Part shown: piece by piece, positions 16,757 through 26,538 of the stretch
Layout: each line of letters starts with the position of its first letter
Position numbering within the stretch: position 1 is the first letter of the stretch
Assembly (NCBI GenBank): GCA_964493665.1
Contig: CAZBOZ010000002.1
Coordinates: 1,207-65,206, forward strand
Direction: 5' to 3'
Origin: an uncultured Muribaculaceae bacterium
GTDB lineage: Bacteria > Bacillota_I > Bacilli_A > RF39 > UBA660
DNA: 64,000 bases
Program-made: the position numbers and the translations under genes
The notes under the pieces: model-generated
Databases searched by the model: none
The model's input: only the letters and a program-made list of their open reading frames with translations
What the model was told of the DNA's origin: nothing

Positions 16757-17194
16757 ATGGGATATCTTATTAAAAAAAGTGATAAAACTCAAGAAATAAT
16801 CTATTTAGACTATGATCTAAATGGTTATATTTTTAAACCTAAAAACAAGAGTGAATCTTCATTAACAGTAAATGAAGTTATGGTTATTAATCCTTCAATG
16901 ATTGATAAGATATTAACAATTAAATTTAATACTTTATTTAAAAAAATCTCTATGGAAGCTTTTAAAGTAATTTATGATGATGATTCTAGTGAAGGTGATG
17001 CTATGCTAGTTTTAGATGAAATAAAAAGATTTAAAAGAATAGTAGAAAATAAATATCAAAAATTTTTATCAGACGAAAAAGAAGATATGTTTAACAAAAA
17101 ATTAAAAAGTTTAGAAAATGAAATAAAAGCTAAAATGATGTTAATTAGAGAATATCAATTAAATAAAGAAGAAACTCATGGTAGAAGCAGGTAA
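16757..17194 (+). CDS. Hypothetical protein (145 aa, coiled-coil C-terminus) inserted between trmD and rplS
   Basis: Intact ORF 8 nt after trmD, with no recognisable motif. Terminator-like hairpin downstream. Confidence 0.45.
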   Translation: MGYLIKKSDKTQEIIYLDYDLNGYIFKPKNKSESSLTVNEVMVINPSMIDKILTIKFNTLFKKISMEAFKVIYDDDSSEGDAMLVLDEIKRFKRIVENKYQKFLSDEKEDMFNKKLKSLENEIKAKMMLIREYQLNKEETHGRSR

Positions 17195-17301
17195 AACACT
17201 TGCTTTTTTTTATATAATTTGTTACAATCATTTTGCTTCAAAAAGTTGTAATCCGCTATATATTATAAGATTACATATAATATAAGAAAGGAATTGATCG
17301 T

Positions 17302-17640
17302 ATGAATTTAGTAGATAAAGTTACTAAGAAGCAAATTAAGAAAGATGTGCCAGAATTTAGAGTTGGTGACACTGTTAAAGTAGATGTTTGGGTAAAAGAA
17401 GGAAAAAAAGAAAGAATTCAAGCATTTGAAGGAATTGTTGTGGCTAAAAAAGGTGGCGGAGTATCTGAAACATTCTCTGTTCGCAAGAAAAGTGCTGGTA
17501 TTGGTGTTGTAAGAACATTTCCAGTAAATGCTCCAACTATTAACCAAATTACTGTAATTAAAAAAGGCATGGTAAGAAGAGCTAAGTTAAATTTCTTAAA
17601 AGGTATGCGTAAAGAGTTTAAAATAAAAGAAAGAAACTAA
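17302..17640 (+). CDS. rplS: 50S ribosomal protein L19
   Basis: MNLVDKV...FRVGDTVKVDVWVKEGKKERIQAFEGIVVAKKGGG matches L19. RBS aaggaa. Confidence 0.9.
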   Translation: MNLVDKVTKKQIKKDVPEFRVGDTVKVDVWVKEGKKERIQAFEGIVVAKKGGGVSETFSVRKKSAGIGVVRTFPVNAPTINQITVIKKGMVRRAKLNFLKGMRKEFKIKERN

Positions 17641-17641
17641 A

Positions 17642-18133
17642 ATGAAAAAAGTTTTAAAAGAACTATTACCATATATAATTGTTATATTAGCAGTTATATT
17701 AATAAGAGTTTTTATTGCTACACCAGTTAGAGTAACAGGAACCTCAATGGTACCGACTCTTAATTCTAAAGAAGTAATGATTATGGTAGAAATAACTAAA
17801 TATTTTAAAGATTATGAAAGATTTCAAATAGTAGTTATTAAAACCAGTAATGTTTATTTAATTAAAAGAGTTATTGGGTTACCTGGTGAAAAGATAAAAT
17901 GTGTAGATGGAATTATTTATATAAATAATAATCCTCTAGAAGATATTTATGGCAGTGGTGTAACTTCTGATTTTGATGAAGTAATACTAGATACTGATGA
18001 ATACTTTGTAATGGGAGATAATAGAGAAGTATCTCAAGATAGTAGAATTATCGGTCCTATTAAAAAGTCCAATGTTAAAGGATATACAAACTTAGTAATA
18101 TATCCATTTAATAAAATAAGAAAAGCTAAATAA
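17642..18133 (+). CDS. lepB: Signal peptidase I
   Basis: Catalytic Ser box GTSMVPTL, Lys box IKRVIGLPGE and GDNRxxSxDSR. Confidence 0.85.
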   Translation: MKKVLKELLPYIIVILAVILIRVFIATPVRVTGTSMVPTLNSKEVMIMVEITKYFKDYERFQIVVIKTSNVYLIKRVIGLPGEKIKCVDGIIYINNNPLEDIYGSGVTSDFDEVILDTDEYFVMGDNREVSQDSRIIGPIKKSNVKGYTNLVIYPFNKIRKAK

Positions 18134-18363
18134 TTTCCTTTATTTAGTTTTTTAATGTATAATTTTATTGTGTAATAAAGTGATTATTTAAAAAGGAATT
18201 TTAATAAATAACGCATATATATAAAAGTATGGCCATAACCACGAAAAACAAAATTATTTGGGCCGCTTAATATCAAATATCTAAATTGTTTGGTGTATAA
18301 ATAAGTGTCCTTGCTCAGGGCATAAATAATATTTAAAAAAGGAAAAAGAAAGGAGTATGGTGT

Positions 18364-19335
18364 ATGAACGAAATAAAAGAAAGTAAATTTTTAATATATG
18401 AAAACGAAGATGGAAAAGTCGATGTAGATGTTATATTAAAAGACGAAACGATATGGTTGACGCAAAAAAGTATGGCAAAATTATTTGAGGTAGAACAACC
18501 AGCAATTGCAAAACATTTAATAAATATTTATAACGATAAAGAATTAGTAAAAAATCCAACTTATTCCAAAATGGAATTAGTTCAAAAAGAAGGAAAAAGA
18601 AACATCAAAAGAAACATTGAATTTTATAACTTAGATGCGATTATTGCTGTAGGGTATAGAGTAAACTCAAAAGCTGCCACCAAATTTAGAATATGGGCAA
18701 CTAAAGTTCTAAAAGATTATATAATAAGAGGATATGCTATAAATAATAAGCGATTAGAATACTTAGAAAAGGCGATTAAATTAATTGATATAGCTAATCG
18801 TGGTTATGATGGGTTAGAATCTAATGATGCTAAAGAAATATTAAGAGTTATTGGTGAATATTCGAAAGCTCTAGATTTACTTGATGATTATGATCACAAA
18901 AGAATATCAAAACCAAAAGGAATAAAAAGTAAAATAGAAGTTACTTATAATGAATGCTTAGCAGTCATTAATAAATTAAAATTCAATAATGATAGTGATT
19001 TGTTTGCTTTAGAAAGAAATAAAGGATTAGAATCTATTATAAATAATATTTATCAATCTTATGATGGCAAAGACTTATATAAAACATTAGAAGAAAAAGC
19101 TGCTAATTTCTTATACTTAATTGTTAAAAATCATACTTTTATTGATGGCAACAAAAGAATTGGAGCGGCATTATTTATTTATTTTTTAAATTTCAATAAT
19201 ATATTATACAAAAATGATAATAAAATTATAGATAATAATTCATTAGTAGCAATTACGCTTTTAATTGCTCAGTCAAATCCTAAAGAAAAAGATATTATTA
19301 TTGATTTGATAATGAATTTCTTAGTTCAGGAGTGA
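18364..19335 (+). CDS. RhuM-family N-terminal domain fused to a Fic/Doc domain (Doc-type HxFxDGNKR motif)
   Basis: The N-terminus (KFLIYENEDGKVDVDV...WLTQKSMAKLF...YNLDAIIAVGYRVNSKAATKFRIWATKVLKDY) matches Virulence_RhuM. The C-terminus HTFIDGNKRIGAALFIYFL is the Doc variant of the Fic motif (NKR instead of NGR). Confidence 0.75.
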   Translation: MNEIKESKFLIYENEDGKVDVDVILKDETIWLTQKSMAKLFEVEQPAIAKHLINIYNDKELVKNPTYSKMELVQKEGKRNIKRNIEFYNLDAIIAVGYRVNSKAATKFRIWATKVLKDYIIRGYAINNKRLEYLEKAIKLIDIANRGYDGLESNDAKEILRVIGEYSKALDLLDDYDHKRISKPKGIKSKIEVTYNECLAVINKLKFNNDSDLFALERNKGLESIINNIYQSYDGKDLYKTLEEKAANFLYLIVKNHTFIDGNKRIGAALFIYFLNFNNILYKNDNKIIDNNSLVAITLLIAQSNPKEKDIIIDLIMNFLVQE

Positions 19336-20195
19336 TAACAATGGGAAATAAGTTAAATATTAATTGGTATCCAGGTCATATGGCCAAAACTAAAAGGGAA
19401 ATAGGAGAGAAATTATCTTTAATTGATATAGTATATGAATTAGTAGATGCTAGAATACCTTTTTCTTCTAAAATAATTGATATTGAGGATATTATTAAAA
19501 ATAAACCTCGTGTTTTAATTATGACTAAAAGTGATCTATGTGACTTAAAAGAAACTAATAAATGGCTTAAATATTATGAAGAAAAAGGATATAAAGTATT
19601 GCTTTTAGACTTAACTAATAATAAAGATTATAAAAAATTAATTGATTTAACTCATAATATGATGAGACCTATACAAGAAAAAAGATCAAGCATGGGTTTG
19701 AATAAGAAAGAAATCAAAGCTTTAGTAATTGGTATACCTAATGTCGGTAAAAGTACTTTAATAAATGCCTTGGCTTCTAAAAAAGTGGCTAAAACTGGTA
19801 ATACTCCTGGGGTAACAAAACAACTTAATTGGTTAAAAACCAAAAGTGATATCTTACTTTTAGATACTCCAGGTATTTTATGGCCTAAGTTTGATAATGA
19901 AGAAGTAGCTTTAAATTTAGCATCAATGACAGCTATTAAAAATGAAGTATTGCCTATTGATGATGTGGCTATTTATATTTTAAAGACTCTTAACAAGTAT
20001 TATCCGGATATTTTGCTAAATAGATATAATTTATCTACTTTGTCTGATGATTTCGAAGATAATTATCAAATAATAAGTAAAAGACTAGGTATGGTTTTAA
20101 AAGGTAATGAAATAGATTATGATAAAATTAGTCAAACAATAGTTAATGATTTAAATAATAATTTAATAAAAGGGATAACATTTGATAGGATTTAA
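19332..20195 (+). CDS. rbgA: Ribosome biogenesis GTPase A (YlqF/RbgA)
   Basis: NWYPGHMAK motif and circularly permuted GTPase motifs (TKSDL ... GIPNVGKST ... DTPG). Confidence 0.85.
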   Translation: MITMGNKLNINWYPGHMAKTKREIGEKLSLIDIVYELVDARIPFSSKIIDIEDIIKNKPRVLIMTKSDLCDLKETNKWLKYYEEKGYKVLLLDLTNNKDYKKLIDLTHNMMRPIQEKRSSMGLNKKEIKALVIGIPNVGKSTLINALASKKVAKTGNTPGVTKQLNWLKTKSDILLLDTPGILWPKFDNEEVALNLASMTAIKNEVLPIDDVAIYILKTLNKYYPDILLNRYNLSTLSDDFEDNYQIISKRLGMVLKGNEIDYDKISQTIVNDLNNNLIKGITFDRI

Positions 20196-20820
20196 TATGA
20201 CTAATATAGATAATCAAAAATATGAAAAAGAATTATATAAAAAAGGAGTTACTTTAATAGCTGGAGTAGATGAAGTAGGAAGAGGCCCCTTAGTAGGTCC
20301 TGTAGTAGCAGCAGCTGTTATTCTTCCTAAAGGATATTTTCTAGAAGGATTAACTGATTCTAAAAAAGTATCTGAAAAAAAACGCAATCAATTTTATGAA
20401 ATAATTAAAAAAGATGCTTTAAGTATTGGTATAGGAATAGTAGATCCAGATATAATTGATAAAATAAATATCTATGAAGCTAGTAAATTAGCTATGTTAA
20501 AAGCTTTGAAAAATTTAAATCTGACGCCAGAACATGTTTTAATCGATGCCATGAAATTAGATTTAGACATTCTATCTACTAGTATAATAAAAGGCGATTT
20601 ATTAAGTATTTCTATTAGTGCAGCTAGTATTATCGCTAAAGTAACAAGAGATGAAATGATGTACGAATTAGATGAAAGACACCCAGAATATGGGTTTGGT
20701 AAACACAAAGGATATCCAACTAAAAGTCATATTGAAAATGTCAAGAAGTATGGAATTCTTCCTAATTATAGATTTACTTTTAAGCCAATTAGTGATTTAA
20801 TTAAAAAAGGTGATAAGTGA
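20182..20820 (+). CDS. rnhB: Ribonuclease HII
   Basis: [15 protein letters not shown] catalytic motif; 212 aa; downstream of rbgA as in Bacillus. Confidence 0.85.
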   Translation: MIGFNMTNIDNQKYEKELYKKGVTLIAGVDEVGRGPLVGPVVAAAVILPKGYFLEGLTDSKKVSEKKRNQFYEIIKKDALSIGIGIVDPDIIDKINIYEASKLAMLKALKNLNLTPEHVLIDAMKLDLDILSTSIIKGDLLSISISAASIIAKVTRDEMMYELDERHPEYGFGKHKGYPTKSHIENVKKYGILPNYRFTFKPISDLIKKGDK

Positions 20821-22867
20821 AATGAAAGCGCTAAAAACGGATATATTAAAAAATTATTTAATTTTAATGATTACTTTGTTTTCAATAGAGCTTGTTTTAA
20901 GACCATTAGTTGGATTTCAATTTTTTGATTGGTCTTTATTAAGAATATTTATTTTTATTAACTTTATAAGTTTAGTTTTCTCTATGTTATTTTCTTTATT
21001 ACCAAGATTATTAACTAAAATTTTAATTTTTATAACAGTAATTGCGGTTTCTGTTGATACCTTTTTTCAAATTGGTTTCAATAACTCAATAGGAACTTTT
21101 ATGTCTTTAAATAGTAGTAGTCAGTTAGATAAAGTTACTAGTTATATAGTCGACTATGTAACTAGTTATTCTTGGTATTTTTATCTTATTTTGGCACCTT
21201 TATTATTATTTATATTATATTATATTATTTTTGATAAAAAAGTAACTAGACGTCTTAATAGACCAAAATTTAAATCATATTTGTTAAGCATAATATGGGC
21301 AATGATTTTAGGAGGATTATTCTTTAGTACTTTAATAGTTGGTTTTATGCAGAATAAATACCAAATATTATCGAATAAAGAATTATTCCATTATCCAGAA
21401 ACTCCTAGTATTTGTGTTAATCAGTTTGGTATTATTGGGTTTACTTTAATTGATTTTAAAGCATCTTTATTAAATGCTGAACCAGTTAAATCTATTAGTG
21501 AAACTAAAAATAATAATTCTAATGTGGTTAATGAAAATACCAGAATAATAAATGATACAGCTTGGAATGAAGTTATTGCTAATGAAAACACTAGCAGCTA
21601 TAAAACTTTAAATGAATATTTTATCAATAGGGAAATAACTCCTCGAAATGAAATGACAGGATATTTCAAAGATAAAAATTTAATTGTTATTTTAATGGAA
21701 TCAGTTAACAATATACCTTTCTTGTATCCGGAATATTTTCCAACTTTAAATAAAATGTATAATGAAGGCTGGAGCTGGGTAAATAACTACTCACCACGTA
21801 ATAGCTGTGCTACTGGTAATAATGAAATGACTGTTATGAGTAGTTTATATACTATTAATAATAGTTGTACTGCTAATGTTTATAAAAACAATGTGTATCC
21901 AGAAGGAATATTTAATTTGTTTAATAATGAGGATTATTATACATCTTCTTATCATAATTATGCTGATCATTATTATTATCGTAAAACTATTCATCCTAAT
22001 ATGGGCAGTCAAAAGTATTATAATGCTTATGATTTGGGTATTAGTGTTAATCCAGTTTATCAGGAGTGGCCAAGTGATGTAGAACTATTTACTAATAGTC
22101 AGCCTTATTATATGAACGAAAACAAATTTATGACTTTCTTTAGTACAGTAACATCTCATCGTCCATATACTTTATCAAGTGAATATGGTGATAAATATTT
22201 AGATATGTTTGAAGATTTAGATTTATCTAAAGCGGCTAAAAGATATTTATCAAAAATAAAGGAATTAGATGATGCTCTTAGTATATTATTAGATGAATTA
22301 GATGATACAGGGAAACTAGATGATACTGTAATAGTTTTATTTGCTGATCATTACCCATATGGTTTAAGCGACAGTAATATTGCTAGCTTTTTAGGCGATG
22401 AAGCACTAGAAGAAAAAGAAAGAGATAGAACTCCATTTATTATATATAACACTACTATAGAACCTAAAAAATATGAAGATTATACGACTCTTATGAATAT
22501 TTTACCAACCATTGCTAATTTATTTGATGCTGATTATGATCCAAGACTTTATATGGGAGAAGATTTATTTAATCCCGATTATGAAAGTTTAGCAATATTT
22601 ACTGATGGTTCATGGGTTAATGAGACAGCTTTCTATAATGCTTCAAATAGTAAATTAATATATAAAAATCCTACTAATACATTATCTGATGATTATGTAA
22701 TTAGTTTAAACAGAGAAATTAATGATAAAATAAATATGTCTAATTTAGCAGTTAAAAAAGATTATTTTAATTATTTATTTGATGAAAGAAGCAAATATGA
22801 AGTAGAAATTCCGGTTGAAGAAGAAACAACTACTGATATAGTAGAGGAAGTTATAACAACTCCTTAG
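20810..22867 (+). CDS. LtaS-family lipoteichoic acid synthase / sulfatase-fold membrane protein (paralogue 1)
   Basis: Five N-terminal TM helices, then an extracellular sulfatase/alkaline-phosphatase-like domain ([21 protein letters not shown]). 685 aa. Confidence 0.75.
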   Translation: MISEMKALKTDILKNYLILMITLFSIELVLRPLVGFQFFDWSLLRIFIFINFISLVFSMLFSLLPRLLTKILIFITVIAVSVDTFFQIGFNNSIGTFMSLNSSSQLDKVTSYIVDYVTSYSWYFYLILAPLLLFILYYIIFDKKVTRRLNRPKFKSYLLSIIWAMILGGLFFSTLIVGFMQNKYQILSNKELFHYPETPSICVNQFGIIGFTLIDFKASLLNAEPVKSISETKNNNSNVVNENTRIINDTAWNEVIANENTSSYKTLNEYFINREITPRNEMTGYFKDKNLIVILMESVNNIPFLYPEYFPTLNKMYNEGWSWVNNYSPRNSCATGNNEMTVMSSLYTINNSCTANVYKNNVYPEGIFNLFNNEDYYTSSYHNYADHYYYRKTIHPNMGSQKYYNAYDLGISVNPVYQEWPSDVELFTNSQPYYMNENKFMTFFSTVTSHRPYTLSSEYGDKYLDMFEDLDLSKAAKRYLSKIKELDDALSILLDELDDTGKLDDTVIVLFADHYPYGLSDSNIASFLGDEALEEKERDRTPFIIYNTTIEPKKYEDYTTLMNILPTIANLFDADYDPRLYMGEDLFNPDYESLAIFTDGSWVNETAFYNASNSKLIYKNPTNTLSDDYVISLNREINDKINMSNLAVKKDYFNYLFDERSKYEVEIPVEEETTTDIVEEVITTP

Positions 22868-22877
22868 AAAGGATTAT

Positions 22878-24908
22878 ATGAAATATTTAGTAATAGTAGA
22901 ATCGCCTAGTAAAATAAAAACTATAAGTAAATACTTGGGCGGTGGATATAAAATAACTTCAAGTAGAGGCCATGTTAGAGATTTAGCAACTACAGGTAAA
23001 TATGGTCTTGGAATTGATATCGAAAATGACTTTGAACCTAATTATGTACCAATAAAAGGTAAGAAAAAAGTAATAGCCGAATTAAAAAAAGAAGCTAAAA
23101 CTTGTGATATGGTTTTACTTGCTACTGACCCAGATCGTGAAGGGGAAGCTATTAGTTGGCATTTATATGATGCTATGGGATTAAAAGAAGCTGACTATGA
23201 AAGAGTAGTATTTAATGAAATAACTAAAGATGTCATCTTAGAGTCTTTTAAGCATCCGCGTAAAATAGATATGAATTTAGTAAAAAGTCAAGAAACAAGA
23301 AGAATATTAGACCGTATTATAGGATTTAGATTAAGTAAATTAATGCAATCTAAAACTAGTGGTAAAAGTGCTGGTAGAGTTCAAAGTGTAGCTTTAAAAC
23401 TAGTTGTTGATAGAGAAAGAGAAATAGAAGCTTTTATTGAAGAAGAATATTGGACTATCGAAGCTGATTTTAAAGATTTTAAAGCCACATTAGAAAAATA
23501 TCATGGAAAAGAAATAGAAATTAAAGGTGAAAAAGAAGCTGATGATATATTAGCAGTTCTTTCTAAGACTTTTAATATTGAATCTACTACTAAAAAAGAA
23601 AAGAAGAAATCATCACCACTTCCTTTTAAGACTTCAACATTACAGCAACTAGCTTCAAATAAACTAGGATTTAATTCTGGTAAAACAATGAAAATAGCTC
23701 AAAAGTTATATGAAGGAATTGATTTAGGAGATGAATCAGTAGGTTTAATAACTTATATGAGAACTGATTCAACCAGAATAAGTCCATCATTTATTGATGA
23801 AACATTTAAATATATAAAAAATAAATATGGTAGTGAATATCTTGGCTATGTTAAAAAAGGTAAAAAAGATGATAATATTCAGGATGCTCATGAAGGTATT
23901 AGAGTTACTAATATAAATCGTGATCCAGAAAGCATCAAAAAATATTTGTCTAATGATGAATATAAGCTTTACAAACTTATTTATAGTAGGAGTTTAGCTA
24001 ATTTAATGGCGGACGCTAAAATGGATGCCACAACTATCTTACTTGATAATAATGGGTATACATTTAAAGCTACAGGTAGTGTTTTAAAATTTGATGGGTA
24101 TTTAAAAGTATATAGTGATTATGAAAAAAATGAAGATGTTATATTACCGGATTTTAGTAATTACAAAACCAATGTTTTAATAAGTGAAAGCATTGATAAG
24201 AGTCAACATTTTACTAAACCATTACCAAGATATACTGAAGCAACTCTTATTAAAGAAATGGAAAAACTAGGCATCGGTAGACCAAGTACTTATGCAAAAA
24301 CTATGGAAATATTAAGAGAAAGAGACTATGTAAAAGTAATGGATAAAAAGTTTTATCCAACTCTTACTGGCATTGAAATAACTGACAAATTACAAGAATT
24401 CTTTAGTAATATAATTAATGTTAAATATACAGCTAAAATGGAAACAGAATTAGATGAAGTGGCAGAAGCTAAATTCGATTCTAAAGTTATACTAAAAGAA
24501 TTCTACAAAGACTTTGAACCATTAGTTCAAAAAGCATTTAATAATATGGAGAAAAAAGAACCAGAGAAAACTGGTGAAGTATGTCCAGAATGTGGTAGTG
24601 ATATGGTAAAAAGAAAAGGTAAATATGGAGAATTTGAAGCATGCTCAAATTATCCAGCTTGTAAATATATCAAAAAAGAAGCTAAAAAAGTAATAGAAGT
24701 AATGCCATGCCCTAAATGTGATGGAACTATAATAGAAAAAAGAACCAGAAAAGGTAAAACATTCTATGGTTGTTCTAATTATCCTAAATGTGATTTTGCT
24801 TCTTGGGATAAACCAGTAGAAGGTAAATGCCCAGAATGTAATTCTTACTTAGTAGAAAAAAACAACAAAATAAAATGTAGTAGTTGTACTTATGAAAAAC
24901 AGGATTAA
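22878..24908 (+). CDS. topA: DNA topoisomerase I
   Basis: Toprim TDPDREGEAISWH; active-site region ITYMRTDSTR; three C-terminal C4 zinc ribbons (CPECGS...C, CPKCDG...C, CPECNS...C). Confidence 0.9.
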   Translation: MKYLVIVESPSKIKTISKYLGGGYKITSSRGHVRDLATTGKYGLGIDIENDFEPNYVPIKGKKKVIAELKKEAKTCDMVLLATDPDREGEAISWHLYDAMGLKEADYERVVFNEITKDVILESFKHPRKIDMNLVKSQETRRILDRIIGFRLSKLMQSKTSGKSAGRVQSVALKLVVDREREIEAFIEEEYWTIEADFKDFKATLEKYHGKEIEIKGEKEADDILAVLSKTFNIESTTKKEKKKSSPLPFKTSTLQQLASNKLGFNSGKTMKIAQKLYEGIDLGDESVGLITYMRTDSTRISPSFIDETFKYIKNKYGSEYLGYVKKGKKDDNIQDAHEGIRVTNINRDPESIKKYLSNDEYKLYKLIYSRSLANLMADAKMDATTILLDNNGYTFKATGSVLKFDGYLKVYSDYEKNEDVILPDFSNYKTNVLISESIDKSQHFTKPLPRYTEATLIKEMEKLGIGRPSTYAKTMEILRERDYVKVMDKKFYPTLTGIEITDKLQEFFSNIINVKYTAKMETELDEVAEAKFDSKVILKEFYKDFEPLVQKAFNNMEKKEPEKTGEVCPECGSDMVKRKGKYGEFEACSNYPACKYIKKEAKKVIEVMPCPKCDGTIIEKRTRKGKTFYGCSNYPKCDFASWDKPVEGKCPECNSYLVEKNNKIKCSSCTYEKQD

Positions 24909-24925
24909 TTAATCCTGTTTTTTTA
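24895..24925. repeat. Copy 1 of an identical 29-nt palindromic terminator element (aaaaacaggattaattaatcctgtttttt); contains the topA stop codon
   Basis: Perfect 20-bp palindrome acaggattaattaatcctgt at 24899-24918, flanked by an A-run and a T-run. Identical to the copy at 25800-25830. Confidence 0.8.
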
Positions 24926-24953
24926 TGATATAATTATTTTGGAGAGTGATTAT

Positions 24954-25796
24954 ATGAAAGTGTTGGTTTTGGGGACGGCTGCTGCTACGGGAATACCATT
25001 AGTGTTTTGCAATTGTAAAGTTTGCAAAAACGCGAGGGAAAATAAAAGCAAAGACGTAAGAACTAGATCGTCCATATTAATAAATGATGAGTTTTTAATT
25101 GATTTAAACCCTGATATTTGTACTCAAACCATAACTAATAATGTGGATTTGGGGAAAGTAAAATATTTAGCATTAACCCATTCTCATATAGATCACTTTG
25201 ATGCTGGCCATTTTATTACTAGATGGAGCGAATATGCAACTCAAGATTTGGAGCATTTAAATATTTTTTGTTCAAAAGGGACATCTTTAGATATTAATAA
25301 TCAGATAAAAGAGGTGACATTTGATATATTTTCCGATTTTTGGCAAAAAAACATGAATTATAGTTTAAACATTTTAGCTGATGGAGCCACAAAAGAACTT
25401 GCTGATTATAAAATAACCGCGATAGATTCAAAGCATGATGGCAATGTGGAATCACTTGTGTATATAATATCTTATCAAAACAAACATCTATTTTATGGAA
25501 CAGACTTATTAGAAATAACTGCTGAAGCTTGGGAAATACTAAAAAATTATAAACTTGATATTGTGTTTTTAGATCAGACTTATGGTAAAGGTTTTAATAA
25601 TGGTGGCCATCTTGATACTGAACAAGTGGCCAGTATAATAAAAAAAATGACTGAAGAAAATATAATTGATAGCAAAAGCCTTGTATATGCTACTCATATT
25701 TCTCATGAAGGAAATGGTAATCATTCTGAAATGGAAATAACTGCCCAACAAAACAATTATCATATAGCTTATGATGGGTTATTAATAGAAATATAA
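24954..25796 (+). CDS. MBL-fold metallo-hydrolase, PhnP-like (N-terminal Cys cluster plus HxHxDH)
   Basis: LTHSHIDHF motif. N-terminal GTAAATGIPLVFCNCKVCKNA resembles the PhnP/YycJ-type zinc knuckle. The track ORF starts at TTG 24939; the ATG at 24954 follows RBS ggagag. Confidence 0.7.
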   Translation: MKVLVLGTAAATGIPLVFCNCKVCKNARENKSKDVRTRSSILINDEFLIDLNPDICTQTITNNVDLGKVKYLALTHSHIDHFDAGHFITRWSEYATQDLEHLNIFCSKGTSLDINNQIKEVTFDIFSDFWQKNMNYSLNILADGATKELADYKITAIDSKHDGNVESLVYIISYQNKHLFYGTDLLEITAEAWEILKNYKLDIVFLDQTYGKGFNNGGHLDTEQVASIIKKMTEENIIDSKSLVYATHISHEGNGNHSEMEITAQQNNYHIAYDGLLIEI

Positions 25797-25799
25797 TTT

Positions 25800-25830
25800 A
25801 AAAAACAGGATTAATTAATCCTGTTTTTTA
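25800..25830. repeat. Copy 2 of the 29-nt palindromic terminator element; acts as a bidirectional terminator between the MBL gene (+) and gatD (-)
   Basis: Exact repeat of aaaaacaggattaattaatcctgtttttt, placed between convergent genes. Confidence 0.8.
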
Positions 25831-26537
25831 TTATTTATAAATTCATTGTAAGCCATGTAATCAAAATAATTATGATTTTCTTTATATGATAGTTTATTTT
25901 CTTTTAATATCTTTTTTATTAAATAATCAGTAAAGTAGGGATTTCTTATTAATAATGGTCCTAATAAGTATGTGCCATAAAAGTTATTAAATAAATATCC
26001 TTCTTTATTACTTCCTTTTTTATAACCAATACCATTTATTACGGTAAATAAATTATTATCTTCATTTATCATAATGTTTTGTCTATTTTGAAAGCCAATT
26101 ATTATTTCATTTATTAAGTTTGTTTTAAATATTTGTTCTCCAGTAATACTTTCTTCTGGATCTATTTCTTTTGTATAATAACTAAAGATATCTAAACATT
26201 TTCTTTTATTACCATTTTCTTCTTCAATATATTTACCAAATAAATCTAAAGCACTACCAGTTATAATAAAATATTTATTATTTTTAATAGCATTATCAAT
26301 CTCTTTTTTGTATTTTAAAATATCTTCTAAAACAATTAATTTATTTTCTTTTGAACCAGATCCCATATAATAAACATCATATTTATCAAAATTAATCTCG
26401 TCACCAATAGTTAAAAGATCAACATTAACTTTTAGCCCTTGACCTTTAAAATGACCTTTTAGAGCAGTTATATTACTATTTTCGCCATTTAGATTCATTA
26501 AATCATAATATAAATGAGCAATATTAATAGTTTTCAT
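25815..26537 (-). CDS. gatD: Lipid II isoglutaminyl synthase glutaminase subunit GatD (CobB/CobQ-like type 1 glutamine amidotransferase)
   Basis: 240-aa GATase1-like protein immediately downstream of and translationally coupled to murT (2-nt gap), the conserved murT-gatD arrangement. Confidence 0.75.
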   Translation of the reverse strand: MKTINIAHLYYDLMNLNGENSNITALKGHFKGQGLKVNVDLLTIGDEINFDKYDVYYMGSGSKENKLIVLEDILKYKKEIDNAIKNNKYFIITGSALDLFGKYIEEENGNKRKCLDIFSYYTKEIDPEESITGEQIFKTNLINEIIIGFQNRQNIMINEDNNLFTVINGIGYKKGSNKEGYLFNNFYGTYLLGPLLIRNPYFTDYLIKKILKENKLSYKENHNYFDYMAYNEFINNKKQD

Positions 26538-26538
26538 A

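Noticed and set aside
17195-17301. Possible rplS (L19) leader regulatory RNA and a TGTTACAA copy matching the decamer found near fic
   Set aside because: I could not fold a convincing conserved L19-leader hairpin by eye. A single occurrence of an A/T-rich 8-mer is expected by chance in this genome.
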